A DNA stretch of 63,340 nt, counting the filler, from Octopus bimaculoides (taxonomy: Eukaryota): the NCBI RefSeq assembly GCF_001194135.2. It is 3 parts of 3 records of this genome, joined end to end, with 100 filler letters (N's around TTAATTAATTAA, not from the genome) between each part and the next. Parts side by side here need not be neighbours in the genome. Positions count along the whole stretch, not along the records: positions 29,746 to 61,417 come from NC_068997.1; 2 more parts are not named here. One strand, written 5' to 3'. Positions 39,700 through 53,770 of this stretch are shown here, one piece after another. The notes under the pieces are model-generated. The model saw only the letters and a program-made list of their open reading frames with translations. It was not told where the DNA came from and made no database searches. The position numbers were made by a program, and so were the translations under genes. Positions within the stretch are counted from its first letter, which is position 1. Each line of letters begins with the position of its first letter.

Positions 39700-42150
39700 G
39701 TAGATGAGGGAACGTTCCAAGGATAGGTTACAAAAGGTGTTGGGGTTTACACTGAAATGAAATATAATGAAAAATAATGATGTATATAAGTCTATAAGAT
39801 ATGGTAATGTCCCAAGAGGAGAACTGCCATCTAGGGCCTGTCAAGAAACTTGGCAAATCTAGGATTACTCTGACTATAAAATGAAAAGTGTTTTCTCGCA
39901 GCTGTATTCTCAAGTCTTCAGGCATATGTTCTGAGAGTAGGTCCATTCACGTGAATCCTGCTCACCATTTTCATCCACTTTTACTATCTCTCTTTTATAA
40001 CTTGAAGAGGAAGGTCTGATGAAAGTGTCTGTTCTCAGTCCTTCCACATCACATCCATCACAACAACCTCTTTTGCTGAGACACACCAGACAGAGGAGAA
40101 CTGTCTGTCCTTATTTCCCAAAAGAAAGGGCAAGGGTAGTTTTTACCATGAATTCACCAATATCCAGATCTGTCCTCCATGCAGCAACAACTGTTTCACA
40201 GAATGCCAGAATGCTTCAACACCAGATGCATATGTACAAAATGCTTTCATCACTTTGCATTCCTCTTGGACAGGGTTGGCTGATAGCACTTTCATACTTG
40301 TAGAGAATACCTCAAACTGTCAATTCCCATCATTTTCCTGGAAGTCATCCATAATCCTTAAGCTGAAAGTTCTCAAGAACCAGTTACCCTGACAATGTTG
40401 CTGTCCTTCGTCACCACTGATAATGTTTAAGGTGTAAGTTCCACTGACCATTTTGCTTAACTATTGCAAAGTTGTGAGCGTCCAGCAACATTTCAGATGC
40501 TTCATGTTCCAGCCTTGTTCTTTACTTCCCTCGGGACCATAGTTTCATCAACGAGACGATCATACCTAACGAATGCTGACCTCTCCTCATCACTGTTCAA
40601 GAATCTCTGTTGAAGCTGCAGCCTTTGCGTCAGCAGCCATGGCAAATTGAACCCTCAATGCTGAGGGTGTTTGCAGTCAGTCGACTGCGAGAATGAAAGA
40701 AATGTGGAGCAAGGCATTTTGCTCATAGCTGTGTGGTTAAGAAGTCTGCTTCCCAACCACATGGTTTCAGGCCCAGTCCCTTGGGCAAAATGTCTTCTAT
40801 TGCACCGGGTTTACCAAAGCCTTGTAGGCAGATCTGTTTGATGGAAACTGAAAGGAACCTGTCATGTGTGTCTCTTGGTTTTGACATATCCTGGTTGTTG
40901 CATATGAGTGTCATTGTTGTACAAGCAGTATCATTCATTTCCATTAGCCATGGAGAAATATTAGTTTGCTTGGGAACAGATAAGAGTTGGTAACAGCAAG
41001 AGAATCCAGCCATAGAAAATCTGCCTCAATAAACTCTGACCTATGCAAGTATATAAAAGTGGACATTGAAATGAGGATAATGATAGTGATGATGTAGTAA
41101 GTATTGTTTGTCAACTCTGCCTGAATTTTCTGGGATAGTTTCCTCTTCCCATTTCTGGATGAGACTCTCCACTCTGCTCATAGCTTTGTCCAAGTTCTTG
41201 TTCACCTGAATCAGATTCCAAGCAAATTAAGGTTCTCTGCCTTGATCTTGGAGAAGCAGAAGTCTTCTGCTTTCGTCACCAGTGAAAAGTGTGGCATCTT
41301 CTTGGGCTTTTTACATTTCCCTATGATGTTTGAGAGTCTATTTGATTTGAAATCTTGTTTAGGTTTTCAACTTCTACCTGGATCAGGACTTCTGCTCCAA
41401 TTTTGGATCAGTTTTCCTGATGCTGTTTCTTTTCATGTAAGTTTGATTATGTTCTCACTCTGTAGGATAATCCATGCTCTTGGCCACCTGATGTTTCATT
41501 CTTCTGACATATCCACTACCTTCACCTCTCTCCAGAATGAAAATAAATTCCTCACTAATGGAAGTGGAAAGCCTTTGTGTGTGATCTTCTGAGTGGAATG
41601 TCACATCTAGTGTCTCGTATTACCCAGTGCAAGTTCTAAACATTGTTCCATAAGGCATCTCTCCACCTGGGTACATGAGGCTCTTGTTTTTCTCTGACAG
41701 CTTTGGGGAGCCATCTCATACAGTCTTTCTGTTGTCTCTGTTCGGACAAGCCCTTACGTGTCTCTTCGGTTAAACTCCTTTTCCAGAGAGGCTGCTTAAG
41801 TGTTTCTGCAGAGATGCTGGCCCCTTGCAGCTGCTTTGCTGTAGACTTCGTTACTGCTGCTGCTGCTACTTTCCAAGGTGACAGAGGACTTAGTTGTAGA
41901 AGTACTGAGATGGGGGGTGGGGGGTGGGGTGGCACTTTGCAGCTGCAGCAGAAGTTGTGCTGCTGGCTGTGTTGCTTTTGCTGATCTTGGCTTCCATATA
42001 TATATTTTTGTGTTCCTTGTCTTTTGCTTGTGATGCTGCTAGTTGAAGATGTAGCAGTTGGTTGATTTGTCTTTGAATTGGTAGTGACAGGAGGAAAGCA
42101 AGGTGTTTAATAGTTAGCTGCTGCTGCTGTTGCCTGTCCTTATGTCCTGA
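39700..42150 (-). mobile_element. Highly decayed LINE 5' half (ORF1 and endonuclease-like), interrupted by a family C SINE
   Basis: Coding-like composition with broken frames; fragments such as AKAAASTEI, TLSVVTKDSNIVRVTGS and QFEVFSTSMKVL loosely resemble an APE endonuclease of Tx1-like elements. Confidence 0.35.
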
Positions 42151-43463
42151 GTGCAAAATCTGCTGAGGTCAACTTTGCCTTTCATCCTTTTGGGGGTCAC
42201 TAGAATAGGTACCTGTTGAGCACTGGGGTCAATATAATTGACATAACCCCCCATCCCGAACTTGCTGGCTTTGTGCCAAAATTTGCAACCATCATCATCA
42301 CGATCATGATCATTGTTATAGATTGTGTTGTGTTTTCATAGAAATTTGTGTCAATGCTAATGTACTCATCACCACTTGTTTAGGATGCTTAAAAATTAGA
42401 GACTTTTGTTTGGATTTTTTGCATTTCTTTCCATCCTGATGCTCTTATATTTTATCAGTTTCTTTATCTAACCATTGGCACTGCCATCACCACCACCACT
42501 ACTACTAGTACCACCATTACAACCAGCAGACACATCACTGTGTCTGCCCAGAATACTTTTTTTTTTTTTGTAGTTGTTGCAGAAACTGTTTTCCGTCAGT
42601 CAGTAAATAGTGATGAAATTGTGGGGTTTTTTTGTTCGTTCTTGTTTTAAACTGTGTGTTGACTGTTGTTATTGAGCAGTTACCTGGCCTTCAGCTACTT
42701 AAATAGAGCAGCATGACCCAGAGGTAACCAGTCAGAGAACCATGTTGACATGTTTTATCTTTGATCATTCATTTTTATTACAAGGCACAACTGTTGTGTA
42801 AGATGTAGTACTTAAGATCCCCCTTGTTTGAAAACAGAAGTTGGAGAGAACATTTAGTTGTTACAATAAAGATTTGTAATTGTGTCTTTGCTACTTGAAA
42901 TATATGAATATCATACCAGTGATCATGTCTTGCCTTACTTTCATTTATAGGTAGCGTTAGTTTTAGCCATGTCGTCCTGTAGACTTTTAAGTTCTCTTTT
43001 TGTGATATAGTTTTTTTCTGTTTTTAAATCATCTGCTTTGAATGAAATTTGGTTATAGAATGCTCCACTGAAGAAATGTTTTAAGGGCTAATTGAGCAAG
43101 TTAAATTTATTTTTGAGCAGGAAAGTGGTTTCGTCTGTGGTTTGGTTAAAAATTAGAGCCAGTAAGTTAGTTTGGTAATGTAGAGAGCTTAAAAGTTAGA
43201 GAGGTAAAACATGCTTGCAGTGCGGTACCCAAATTTGAATTTAGAAAATGCTCTTTTAACATAGGCTATGATGGGGCAATCTTATAGAAAGCCTAAAATC
43301 CAAAGATTAGGGTTGACTCGAGCCCATATTTGTTGGATTTCAAGACTGTTGTGGAAGAGATGTTTAGGGCCAGACAAATTGACCAACTGACAATGACAAC
43401 AACGGAGATTTAATGTCCACATCCCATGCTGGCATGGGCTCGACTGTGTGTGTGTGTATTGGT

Positions 43464-43512
<49 letters not shown>

Positions 43513-43768
43513 CACATATACATATATATATGTATGAATGCCTATATATACGCATATATATATATATGTATGTATATATGCACATACATATATATATATA
43601 TATATGTATATGTACATATATATATATATATATAATATATANNNNNNNNNNNNNNNNNNNNNNNNNNNNNNNNNNNNNNNNNNNNNNNNNNNNNNNNNNN
43701 NNNNNNNNNNNNNNNNNNNNNNNNNNNNNNNNNNNNNNNNNNNNNNNNNNNNNNNNNNNNNNNNNNNN

Positions 43769-43813
<45 letters not shown>

Positions 43814-44486
43814 CATATATATGTATATATATACATACATATACACATATATATATGTACATATATAAACATATTCACACACACACACACACAATAGCTT
43901 TTTAAATAATTCATAAAAGTTCTGTCTGTCTGTCTGTCTCCCTCATCCACCACTCGCTCTATCCTTTTCTATCCCTTTTGTTTTATTTCCCTCATTAACG
44001 ATATCTCCTCCTCCTCCACCACCACCTCCTCCACCATCACCTCCTCCTCCTTCCCTGTTTTGTCTTACTTATCTTCAAACAACTCCTCCTCTTTCACTAG
44101 CTACTGTTTGCTTTTCTCTCTCTCTCCCTCTCTCTCTCTCACTTTGGCACATAATGCACATCCAACCAATTTTCATAATACAGTCAGAAATATGTAGGCT
44201 AGTGATGGTTTTGAATTCAGCTTGAATCAGGACAGATGTGCATGTTAGTGTGCCATAAATAAAATAAAATAAACAAATAAATAAATGTAAAAAAAAAAGA
44301 GTAAAAAAAACGAAAGAAAGAAAGAGAAACAAAGCAAGGCATTAGTGTTTCAGGTGTGAAGTTAATGGTGTCTCTCCTAAACCTCCTCACTCAAAGTGTT
44401 TAGTCTTCTTGCGGCCCAACAACAGCAACGTACTCCACTTTGTTTATACACACTCCTTTATACACTCTCTTTTTTTATATACTCAC

Positions 44487-44589
44487 TGTTGTGCCTGTGA
44501 GTGTTGATTGTCTGTCATCAACGCATTTTCACGTTGTTTGTGCCTCTCTGATTTTTCTTCTGGTTTCATGCTGTTGCTGGTGCATCGTC
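44487..44589 (-). CDS. Candidate internal coding exon: (G)RCTSNSMKPEEKSERHKQRENALMTDNQHSQAQ(Q)
   Basis: Acceptor ctattgtacactttag|GA, donor CA|gtgagt; 103 nt, only one open frame (phase 1 in, phase 2 out), compatible with both flanking candidates. Confidence 0.45.
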
Positions 44590-44932
44590 CTAAAGTGTAC
44601 AATAGACATCTCGGTATTCTTAGAATGCCTCTTTTGTCATATCATATCACAGGCTGTTTGTAAATCTCAAGAATATCACTTTTTTTTTTAAAGCCATGCC
44701 TACCCATGTCTACATGTTGTTTGGATTGGTAGGAAGATGTAGAGTAGGAGGAGGAAGAGGAGGAGGAGAAAGAGAGGAGATATTTGTAAGTTATGTCATC
44801 TGTTATTTATACTCATCTTGCTCAGTTAAGTTGCACATGTGTGTGCGGGGGGGGGGGTCTATGTCTAGTAAACATGGTTTTCATAATTCTTCTATTGGTA
44901 ATTAAGCCTGTCCCTTTCCTTACACCCCCTCC

Positions 44933-44965
<33 letters not shown>

Positions 44966-45856
44966 ATCGTCATTTAACATCTTCCATAGATGCTTGCATG
45001 GGTAGGACGGTTGACAGGAGCCGGCCAGGTTGAAAAACTAACCTAGGTTACTGTGTCTGTTTTGGCAGGGATTTTACGGCTGGATGCCCTTCCTAATGCA
45101 AATCACTCCTCCGAGTGGACTCGGTGCTTTTTATATATATTAATGTCTGTTTTTGTATTCAGTTATAATAAAAACAATTCTACATTAATGTCATGGGTTT
45201 TGTAGAGTACAAATTTATTATTCTTAAACAAGAATGCTATTGACAGTAACTTTGAAGTTTTGGCCAGTTAAGCCATCGTCCAACAATGTTGGCTGAAACT
45301 TCAAAGTCACCATCAATAATATTCTTCTTTCAGAAGAACAAATATATAGATGATGATGATGATATCTTTTATATTTATACTTGTCATTCATTAGACTGCG
45401 ACCATGCTGGAGCACTCTCTCAAATTTTCAATCGAAGGAATCAGTGTAAACACATGAACACTANNNNNNNNNNNNNNNNNNNNNNNNNNNNNNNNNNNNN
45501 NNNNNNNNNNNNNNNNNNNNNNNNNNNNNNNNNNNNNNNNNNNNNNNNNNNNNNNNNNNNNNNNNNNNNNNNNNNNNNNNNNNNNNNNNNNNNNNNNNNN
45601 NNNNNNNNNNNNNNNNNNNNNNNNNNNNNNNNNNNNNNNNNNNNNNNNNNNNNNNNNNNNNNNNNNNNNNNNNNNNNNNNNNNNNNNNNNNNNNNNNNNN
45701 NNNNNNNNNNNNNNNNNNNNNNNNNNNNNNNNNNNNNNNNNNNNNNNNNNNNNNNNNNNNNNNNNNNNNNNNNNNNNNNNNNNNNNNNNNNNNNNNNNNN
45801 NNNNNNNNNNNNNNNNNNNNNNNNNNNNNNNNNNNNNNNNNNNNNNNNNNNNNNNN

Positions 45857-46235
45857 NCAAGCAAAACTTTATTAATCGAAACAAGCACCATCAGAATCAA
45901 CACACTTATGCCACGCGAAACAAGTTTATTTATGCCAGAAGCATAATAATCTTGCGTTCTGGTGGTGATGAAGTCGTTGAAGGTGTGTTTGGCATCGTCT
46001 TGCTTTTTGAAGCATTTCTCACGCAGGAAGTTGTCGAGAAGCTTGAAAAGATGGTAGTCGGTAAGCGAGAGGTCTGGTGAGTATGGCGGATGAGGCAGAG
46101 TTTCGTAGCCCAATTCGTTCAACGTCTGTAGGGTCAGTTGTGCGACATGCGGCCGAATGTTGTCATGGAGAAGAATCGGTCCTTTTCTATTGACCAATGC
46201 TGGCTGTTGTTGTCGGAGTTTCTTATGCATTATTT
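45857..46235 (-). mobile_element. mariner transposase C-terminal fragment
   Basis: ILLHDNIRPHVA...LPHPPYSPDLSLTDYHLF matches the mariner DDD-domain motifs LHDNARPH and YSPDLAPSDYHLF; 5' part absent, 3' end runs into a gap. Confidence 0.92.
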
Positions 46236-46550
46236 TATGCAAGGGTGTAAACACACCACCACCACCAGTCGTCAAGTGATGGTGGGGACAAACACAGATA
46301 CACACACACACACGCATGTGTATGATGGGCTTCTCTCAGTTTCCATCTATCGAATCTACTTACAAAGCTTTGGTCGGCCCAAGGTTATAGAAGACACTTG
46401 CTTAAGGTGCCATGCAGTGGAACTGAACCCAGAACCATGTGGTTGGGAAGCAAATGTCTGACTACACAGCCACGCCTGTGCTCAGCCATATATAACTGAG
46501 AGGAATATATTGGTAAGCCGTTACCTTCTCTGACTATCTCCAAAGCACAG

Positions 46551-46610
46551 CAGTTACCTAGGACTCACACAGTGCTCCATACAGCAGGAGCGCTGTGTGA
46601 TTCCTAACTG
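46551..46610. ncRNA. Candidate pre-miRNA-like hairpin
   Basis: TCACACAGTGCTCC/GGAGCGCTGTGTGA 14-bp stem, 8-nt loop, extended by TAGGA/TCCTA and CAGT/ACTG; structure only, no expression data, no known family recognised. Confidence 0.3.
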
Positions 46611-47364
46611 TACAATGTTCATAGTACCTCTTCAGAAGTAGATGTTTCTCAGCAAACGTTACTGGGTTCGTATCAGTACCAGTAACATTCAGCTGTTCCA
46701 TTGCTTCTTTGCTCTTGTTCATGTTGTCATAATATTTTTCTCTCCTTTCTCGTTATTGAGCTTCCCATGTCAAAGTGATTAAGCAAACTTCTGAAAGGCA
46801 TTCCAACTGTGACCATCCTGTCGTTTTTCTTTCTTGGCATAGTGAAGTATGACTACACTGTATCCTTCCATCTTTTGAAACAGTAGAATGTGATACAGGA
46901 CCAATTTGGCTCTGTCTCTAGCAGGTTGATTAACAATGGTTCCTTCTTGGTTCTTCCTTCTGTTATTTCTCCTAAGTGATAGTCTGTTTCCACAAAAATG
47001 GTCATTATATATCATGAATACCTACCAATCTTAAGACCTTTAACGAGATTGCTATAAAACACCAGATTCTTTATAGGCAAAGTATCCAGTTCCTTTAAGT
47101 TCTATACCCACCACCATCGCCACAACAAATATTCTTCTCATTCTAGAAACACACTATTGGATATCTGTGTGTGTGTGTGTGTGTGCATGCATGCATATTT
47201 CTTAAATGCAAAGCTTTAAGTAGTAACACAAGGAGGCTTTAGCTTAAAAAAAAAGCATAAACTCTATACTTTGAGCACGTTTTTCCTCTTGTTAGTAAAT
47301 TCAGACATGCACACATCTACATATATATGTGTGTTTGTGTTTTTATATCATATATATTTAGTAC

Positions 47365-47401
<37 letters not shown>

Positions 47402-48818
47402 NNNNNNNNNNNNNNNNNNNNNNNNNNNNNNNNNNNNNNNNNNNNNNNNNNNNNNNNNNNNNNNNNNNNNNNNNNNNNNNNNNNNNNTATGTATGTATAT
47501 ATAATCTGTATTATATGCATGAACGAAGCATATTTGCATATGTATCCTTGTATATTTATTAGTGCATGTAGTATATATGTGTATACTCACTCACATATAC
47601 AACATTTGTTAATTTCGTTCTATGTCCAATGTTACATGCTGGTGCTGGTTGGGCACATCTTTATTTTAGGCAGAGTATGTAATAGCCGGATACTCTTCCT
47701 GTTGCCGACCCTCACCTTTTGGTATTCTGCTAAACTTTTGACACAGCGGCCCCATCGGTTGTTATGTTGACCATGAATATAACCCTGTTTTTAGCACAGG
47801 TAATTGCATGTGAAGCAGCAGCTTCGATACAGTTTCTATCTTCCATTGGGTTGCTTGATATTAGATCAGAAAATGAGCATTAGATGCTGTACGATGTGAC
47901 TGAACAGGAGATGATGCGCTTGCAAAACAAACTTCTAAATCATACGACCCTGCATCATCATCGTCATCATTATCATTTAACATCTGTTTTCGATTCTGGC
48001 TTGAGTTGGATGGTTTGACAGGAGCTGGCAAAGCTGGGGAACTGCACCTGACTCCAGTTGTCTGTTTTGGAATGGTATCTACAGCTGGATGCCCTTCCTA
48101 ATGCCATCCACTGTACAGAGTGGCACCAGGTGCTTTTTACGTGGCACCAGGATGGTTGCTTTTTATGTGGTGCTGATACAGGTGCACACAAACAAGCATT
48201 GTATGTCTATGATTGAATGCTTATCTTGTGACTAATGTTTTAAACCACTGCAAGAATCCATCTGAAGATTGCAGTATCACTGGACTTGTCGCACTTGCAT
48301 TTTGCTGTGTAAACAGTCTGTTTCAGTAAAGCATATACTCTACAATGTGTATTGAGCATTCCTGCATTGTCACAACTCAATACACATACACACACATACT
48401 CACTCACTCACACAAATACATAGTGTATGGCCTTGTGGTTAGGGTGTTACATTCATGATCACAAAATCATGGTTTCGATTCCCACACCAGCAGTGCATTG
48501 TTCTTCAGCAAACCTCTTCATTTTGTTCCATTTCATTTGGTTGTAAACGGGTGACCCTGTGATGGACTGACATTCTGTCCAAGAGAAATGTTAGCCTGCC
48601 TGCCTAACTTCCAGTTGGGTGGCATCATTTGAAAGCTACAGCAATGCAAGGAAGCGCATTGTGGCAAGTGATGTATAACACCCAATAGCCTGGTCAATAC
48701 AGGGACACATGTGTGCGTGCATGTGTGTGTGTGTAATGTGTACATGCATGTATGTATTCAGTATGTACATATACATATGTAAATGCATATATGTGTGTAC
48801 ATGTGCAAATGTATGCAT

Positions 48819-48856
<38 letters not shown>

Positions 48857-49707
48857 TCACACAGAAGCACACATATAAAGGGGAAGTGCTGAAAATAGCC
48901 AGTAGCCCTTTAATGAAAGGTTGAGTCATCACCAAAGACTTCAAAGCATGTCATTCTGACAGTACATCTACCACAGTGGCTAGAAATTACCGTACAAAGA
49001 ATAAGGTGACTCATTTAGGAATTGAACTTGTGCCACCAGAAGCCATCTTGTTAGCATCTTTGCATGGTTGTTCAACTTACTAGAAATAGCAACCAAATAT
49101 CCCTCCAATTACAATCTACTATTTTTAAAAGGGATAAACACTGGAAAATGTGATCCTGTATTCAATGTCTGATAAATCTGAAAAAATTCAGTTGGTTGTG
49201 TCATTAGTGTGACATCTTTGATCATGGATCTTGTTAACCTGGACTGACCTGGGGCTAAACAACACCAACAGCTTGTGTCGGCAGAAATGTTGATTCACAG
49301 CTTATTTCTGTGATATGCTCTTCACATTTGCTATTAATTATTTGGCTCTCCAGCTCTCAGTCAAACTGTCCAACTCATGCCAGCATGGAAAACAGACGTT
49401 AAACAATGATGATGTTTTGAATTAGCCATGCATTACCTTGAAGCTTTGAGATTTTGTATGATGATGATGATGATGATGTTTATTTTTAGAAGGACCTTGT
49501 AGGATAGGTGTGAAAGGTTGGAGCTGACTGCTTTGAGCATAAAACAGAATATTTAGGCTGGATATATTCTTGTTGGTATTGTTGTTGCTATTTTATAAAA
49601 TTGCTAGCACACAGGGCAAAGTGCTTAGTGGTATTTTATAAAATAGCAACAATACAACAAGAACAACATATTACTTCGTTTCATAAGCTGAAAAGCCATG
49701 TATGAGA

Positions 49708-49774
<67 letters not shown>

Positions 49775-50026
49775 TAAAGGGTCAGTCTTCTGCTGGTCTC
49801 AGTTGCAAGACACTTTGTTGAAGGCTTACTTTTGGAGAGTTTCTTCTTTTTAGTGTTGTAAATAATTGTATAGAATTCTTGTCAGTTTACCCAAGACACT
49901 CATGTACATACACATGAATGAGTGTGTGTGTGTGGTTTAGTGGTTTGGGCATTTAGCTCACAGTTATAATGTTGTGAGTTCTGTTCCTGGTGGTGCATTG
50001 TGTCCTTTGGCAAGACACTTTATTTC

Positions 50027-50345
50027 TTGGAGTAAAGCTTGTTTGCCAATATGGCAGTTCTCGTTTAGGGCAGATGTTGCTGTAATTTAGCCCCAGGAGA
50101 CATTGTCTCCAGCTGGCTATACAACACGATCTGTGTCATATTTTTGAACAAGGGAATCTAGCGCCCCACCCCCCACCACTCAGCTCAAAACTCAGATATT
50201 GTTTTGAGTCCCTTGTTCAAAAATATAAGGACACAGATCGTGTCGTATAGCCAGCTGGAGACGATGTCTCCTGGGGCTAAATTACAGCAACATTCATCCT
50301 AAACCAGGACTGCCATGTTATGTTGGCAAATAATCTTTACTCCAA
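50027..50345. mobile_element. Palindromic fold-back MITE inserted into a SINE
   Basis: Arms 50027-50155 and 50209-50345 are near-perfect reverse complements; SINE head at 49930-50026 and SINE-type sequence again from ~50450. Confidence 0.8.
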
Positions 50346-53300
50346 TGTACTGTTGCTGAATATCTCTCATTGTTAGATTTAAAAATAGTTATTTTCTACT
50401 TTATTTTATGTTGCTCATTCCACTCTGCTGGCAAAAATGAATTGTATTTCAAGGGGCCAGCCTTGTCATATTCTGTGTCCTGCTGAATCTCCCTGAGAAC
50501 TATGTTAAGGCTATGTGTATCTGTGGAGTGCTCAGCCACTTACAAGTGAATTTCACGAGTAGCAGGCTGTTCCATTGATCGGATCAGCTGGAGCCCTCGT
50601 TGTCATAAGCAGTGGAGTGCCAGGGTGCTTGTTTGTCTATCTTCAGCCATTTCTCTTTATACCTTGAGGTGCCATCTGATTTCTTATTTTCTCCTAAATT
50701 TGAGTAACCACGTAGCTTCCCTCCAAGAAGAACGTGCTCTCCCCCACCCCTTCTTTCATACCCCAACCTTCATCTACTGGATCTGGCCAGTTTGAACATA
50801 AAACAACCAGAATATTTGGGCTGGAGGTGACTGGTTTCAATGCCAAAGGATTAATAACCAGTTTTTATCATATCAATCAGCTTCTTTTTATCCTTGCTGT
50901 TTCTCCGTCTTTTTCTTTCTCTCTCTTTCTCACTGTCTTTCACTTTTGCTCTGTCTGGCTGTCTGTCAGATTAAATTAAAAACTTGCCTTAGTTTGTATC
51001 AATGTTCCTTAAATTTCAGCAAGGATGCTTGTGGCTAGCAGTGGGCAACTGCTATCCCTGAAGTTATATTTCATTGAGGGAATGACAGGTTTGATTTTAG
51101 TTTCTGTTCATTTGGGCTGGATTCATAAAGTAAACAGTGGTAATCATGGAAGCAACCTCGAAAATAAGACATGTTGTTAATGCAGTTTTCACAGAGAATA
51201 TGTTCATGGTGCAGTAAAAACACAGTAAGAAAAGTGAACGGCAACAAGGTCAGAGCTTCACAAATGAAAGATAGCAATGCAGTAAAGAAGACAACCTATT
51301 TCTGTATAAATAAGCATATCATATCATTTATGCATTCTTCAAATAGGTATCTAGATATAATATAAAAGTTCTTTAGAGGTCTTAAGGGACCAGCGCTTAT
51401 CTTGTTTGCTTTATAATATTCAGCAAATGGGAACTAAATCTTTTGCTTGTTTCAATGTAAGAAATTATCATTACCTATCTTTATTATTTAGCAGACAACA
51501 TTATTGTTTCAGTGTACAAAAACCATCGTTTTTGTTATTGGGGCGGTTGTTGGCAGAGCTGGTAGAGTGCCAAACAAAATAGCTTGCGGTATTAGTTACA
51601 TTCCTCTACGTTCTGCATTTAATTCTTGCCGAGGTCGATTTTGCCTGTCTTCCTTCTGGGGCTGATAAAACTGGTATCAGTTAAGTACTTGGTAATGGTG
51701 GTAGTATAAGAGGTCTTTTTGGGGTTTTTATTTACAACCCTGCTGCTTCCTCAAATGGTGTGGCCTTCTGCCTATATAAGAAATCATCCTCATTATCATC
51801 ATCATCATCATCATCACCATAAAGATCTTCAATGAACATTGAAGTTTTATTCCCTCAGATTTAATGACGAATTTCATCAAATCTCAAATACTTTGCAGAA
51901 CTTTCTTGCACAATTCTGCTATTTTGGTTCCAGTTTCAATGTTTCTTAGCTGTTTTAGTCATATTACCATTATTCCTTTGACATCAAGAATAAATTCCAC
52001 TTCCACAACCTTGAATTTCTTTTCACTTCTGTGAAGGCCATTGGCACAACTCTTTCCTACAGACTACCCCACTCCTTCCAGATCACCCCACCCCCTCCAG
52101 ATCACTCCACCCTTCTCCAAATATGAACTTGCCATGAAATTCTTACGGTTACTTCCAGTCCAGATGCTTTGGTTGAAGGCTGGCAATCACAAAGTGCAAT
52201 AAAAGTGAGTTTCGCTGCTGCTTCTTTTCCATTGAGTGGCCATTTAGAGCCTCTCTTGTAGAATTAGTTTGAAGTTTTGGCATTATCAATTACATTATTC
52301 TTATATAATTGGTAGAATTGTGAGCATGCTGGGCAAAATGCCTTGGCAGTCCCCCCGCCTTTGTGCATTCAGAGTTCAAACCCTGCTGAAGTCAACTTTG
52401 TTTTCCAGCCTTTTAGGTTTGCTATAATAAATACAAGTGAAGTACTGGAGTTGATGTGATCAACAATTCCCCTTTGTCAAATTTTGAGACCTTGTACCTG
52501 TGTTAAAAAATAAAAAGCATCCGTACTGGCACCACATATAAAGCACCTAGTCCACTCCTGCAAAGTGGTTGGCATTAGGAAGGGTATCCAGCTGTAGAAA
52601 ACATGCCAAAGCAGATAGATAGAGCCTGATGCAGCTCTCCAGCTTGCCAGCTCCTGTCAACCAATGCAAGCCATGCCAGCATTGAATACAGATGTTCAAT
52701 GATGATGATGATGATGATTAAGGGTCAAGCTGGCTTTGCTTTTTGACTCTCCAGGTCAAGTACAATAAAGCATCAGTTGTTTAACACCAGTTGGATCCTG
52801 ATCAAACAGTTTCAAACAGCCCCACTTTTTTCTGAACATAGGTTAATGTAGTCCAATATATACAGTGTCTTTTCTATTTCTAAAATGGTAATATGTGGTT
52901 TAGGTGACAACTGCTGTTTCTAGCAAGTTGATTTGCTTTGTAGACATTTGAATTAGGTTCTGGTAATATATTGAAGTGAGTCGGATGTCTTTCCCTCTTC
53001 TACGACATAAATTTGTGTTTAATGTATGTGTAGGGGTAGGGATGAAACGAGTAATGTCATGCAATATCTTAACCACCTAATTAATCAATGATTATGGTTT
53101 GTGATTAGTAATTATAGGTAAGTACCTTGTCCTGCATGCAGGAAACATTAATTAATTAGGGTTACATCTTTGGAGTTAATCCTGTTTGCTAACAACAAAT
53201 CATGTTGAGTGGATGAGAGGGATGTTAGCCATGGGATAGGATGCTAGTCCATTGCAGTTAACTTTTTATTAAAAGGTCTGCTTCTTGATCTCTGAAGCAA

Positions 53301-53770
53301 GACAATAATAATCTTAGGCAAGTAGACTCATCGTATCTAGAGAGACAGACCAAAGACTAAATGTTTCCAGCAATATACAAACTTCCAACTCAACAAGTGA
53401 TTTTTGTCTCAGTTATCTCATCTTTACAAGACAAAATGGGGCCCTCTGGGGTTGCTTGGCCTACTAAAAATAGCAACCAAATATTCCTCAAATTACACCT
53501 TTTCTATTTGAGGGAAAAAAGACAAGATGCTTGTCACTGAAACACTATCAAATGTAGGTTTGCTTGTTTGAGCTAACCTTGGGCTAAACTACAAAGACAG
53601 CATGGATGCATTGTAAATATACTTTCTTTTTCAATTTTCATAGTATTCCTCGGAAATTAAAAAAATAATAATAAAAATAAGGTTGAATCGTTCAAAGGCA
53701 TCTAGTGAACTTAAAACTATAATAGGAAGTGATTGTTGGAGTTGACATATAATAGGAAGGTCTGACTCAC

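Noticed and set aside
41911-41932. G-run cluster with quadruplex potential
   Set aside because: Lies inside a decayed LINE; low-complexity, no evidence of function.
44345-44360. Partial matches to recalled miRNA sequences (miR-87 3' end here; miR-375-like near 42630; miR-315-like near 35067 and 60690; miR-22-like near 29946)
   Set aside because: Only 10-12 nt match and no precursor hairpin.
47716-47784. Minus-strand exon candidate with AAG|gtgagg donor
   Set aside because: Purine-rich acceptor; its only open frame is phase 2-2, incompatible with the phase-1 junction of the neighbouring candidates.
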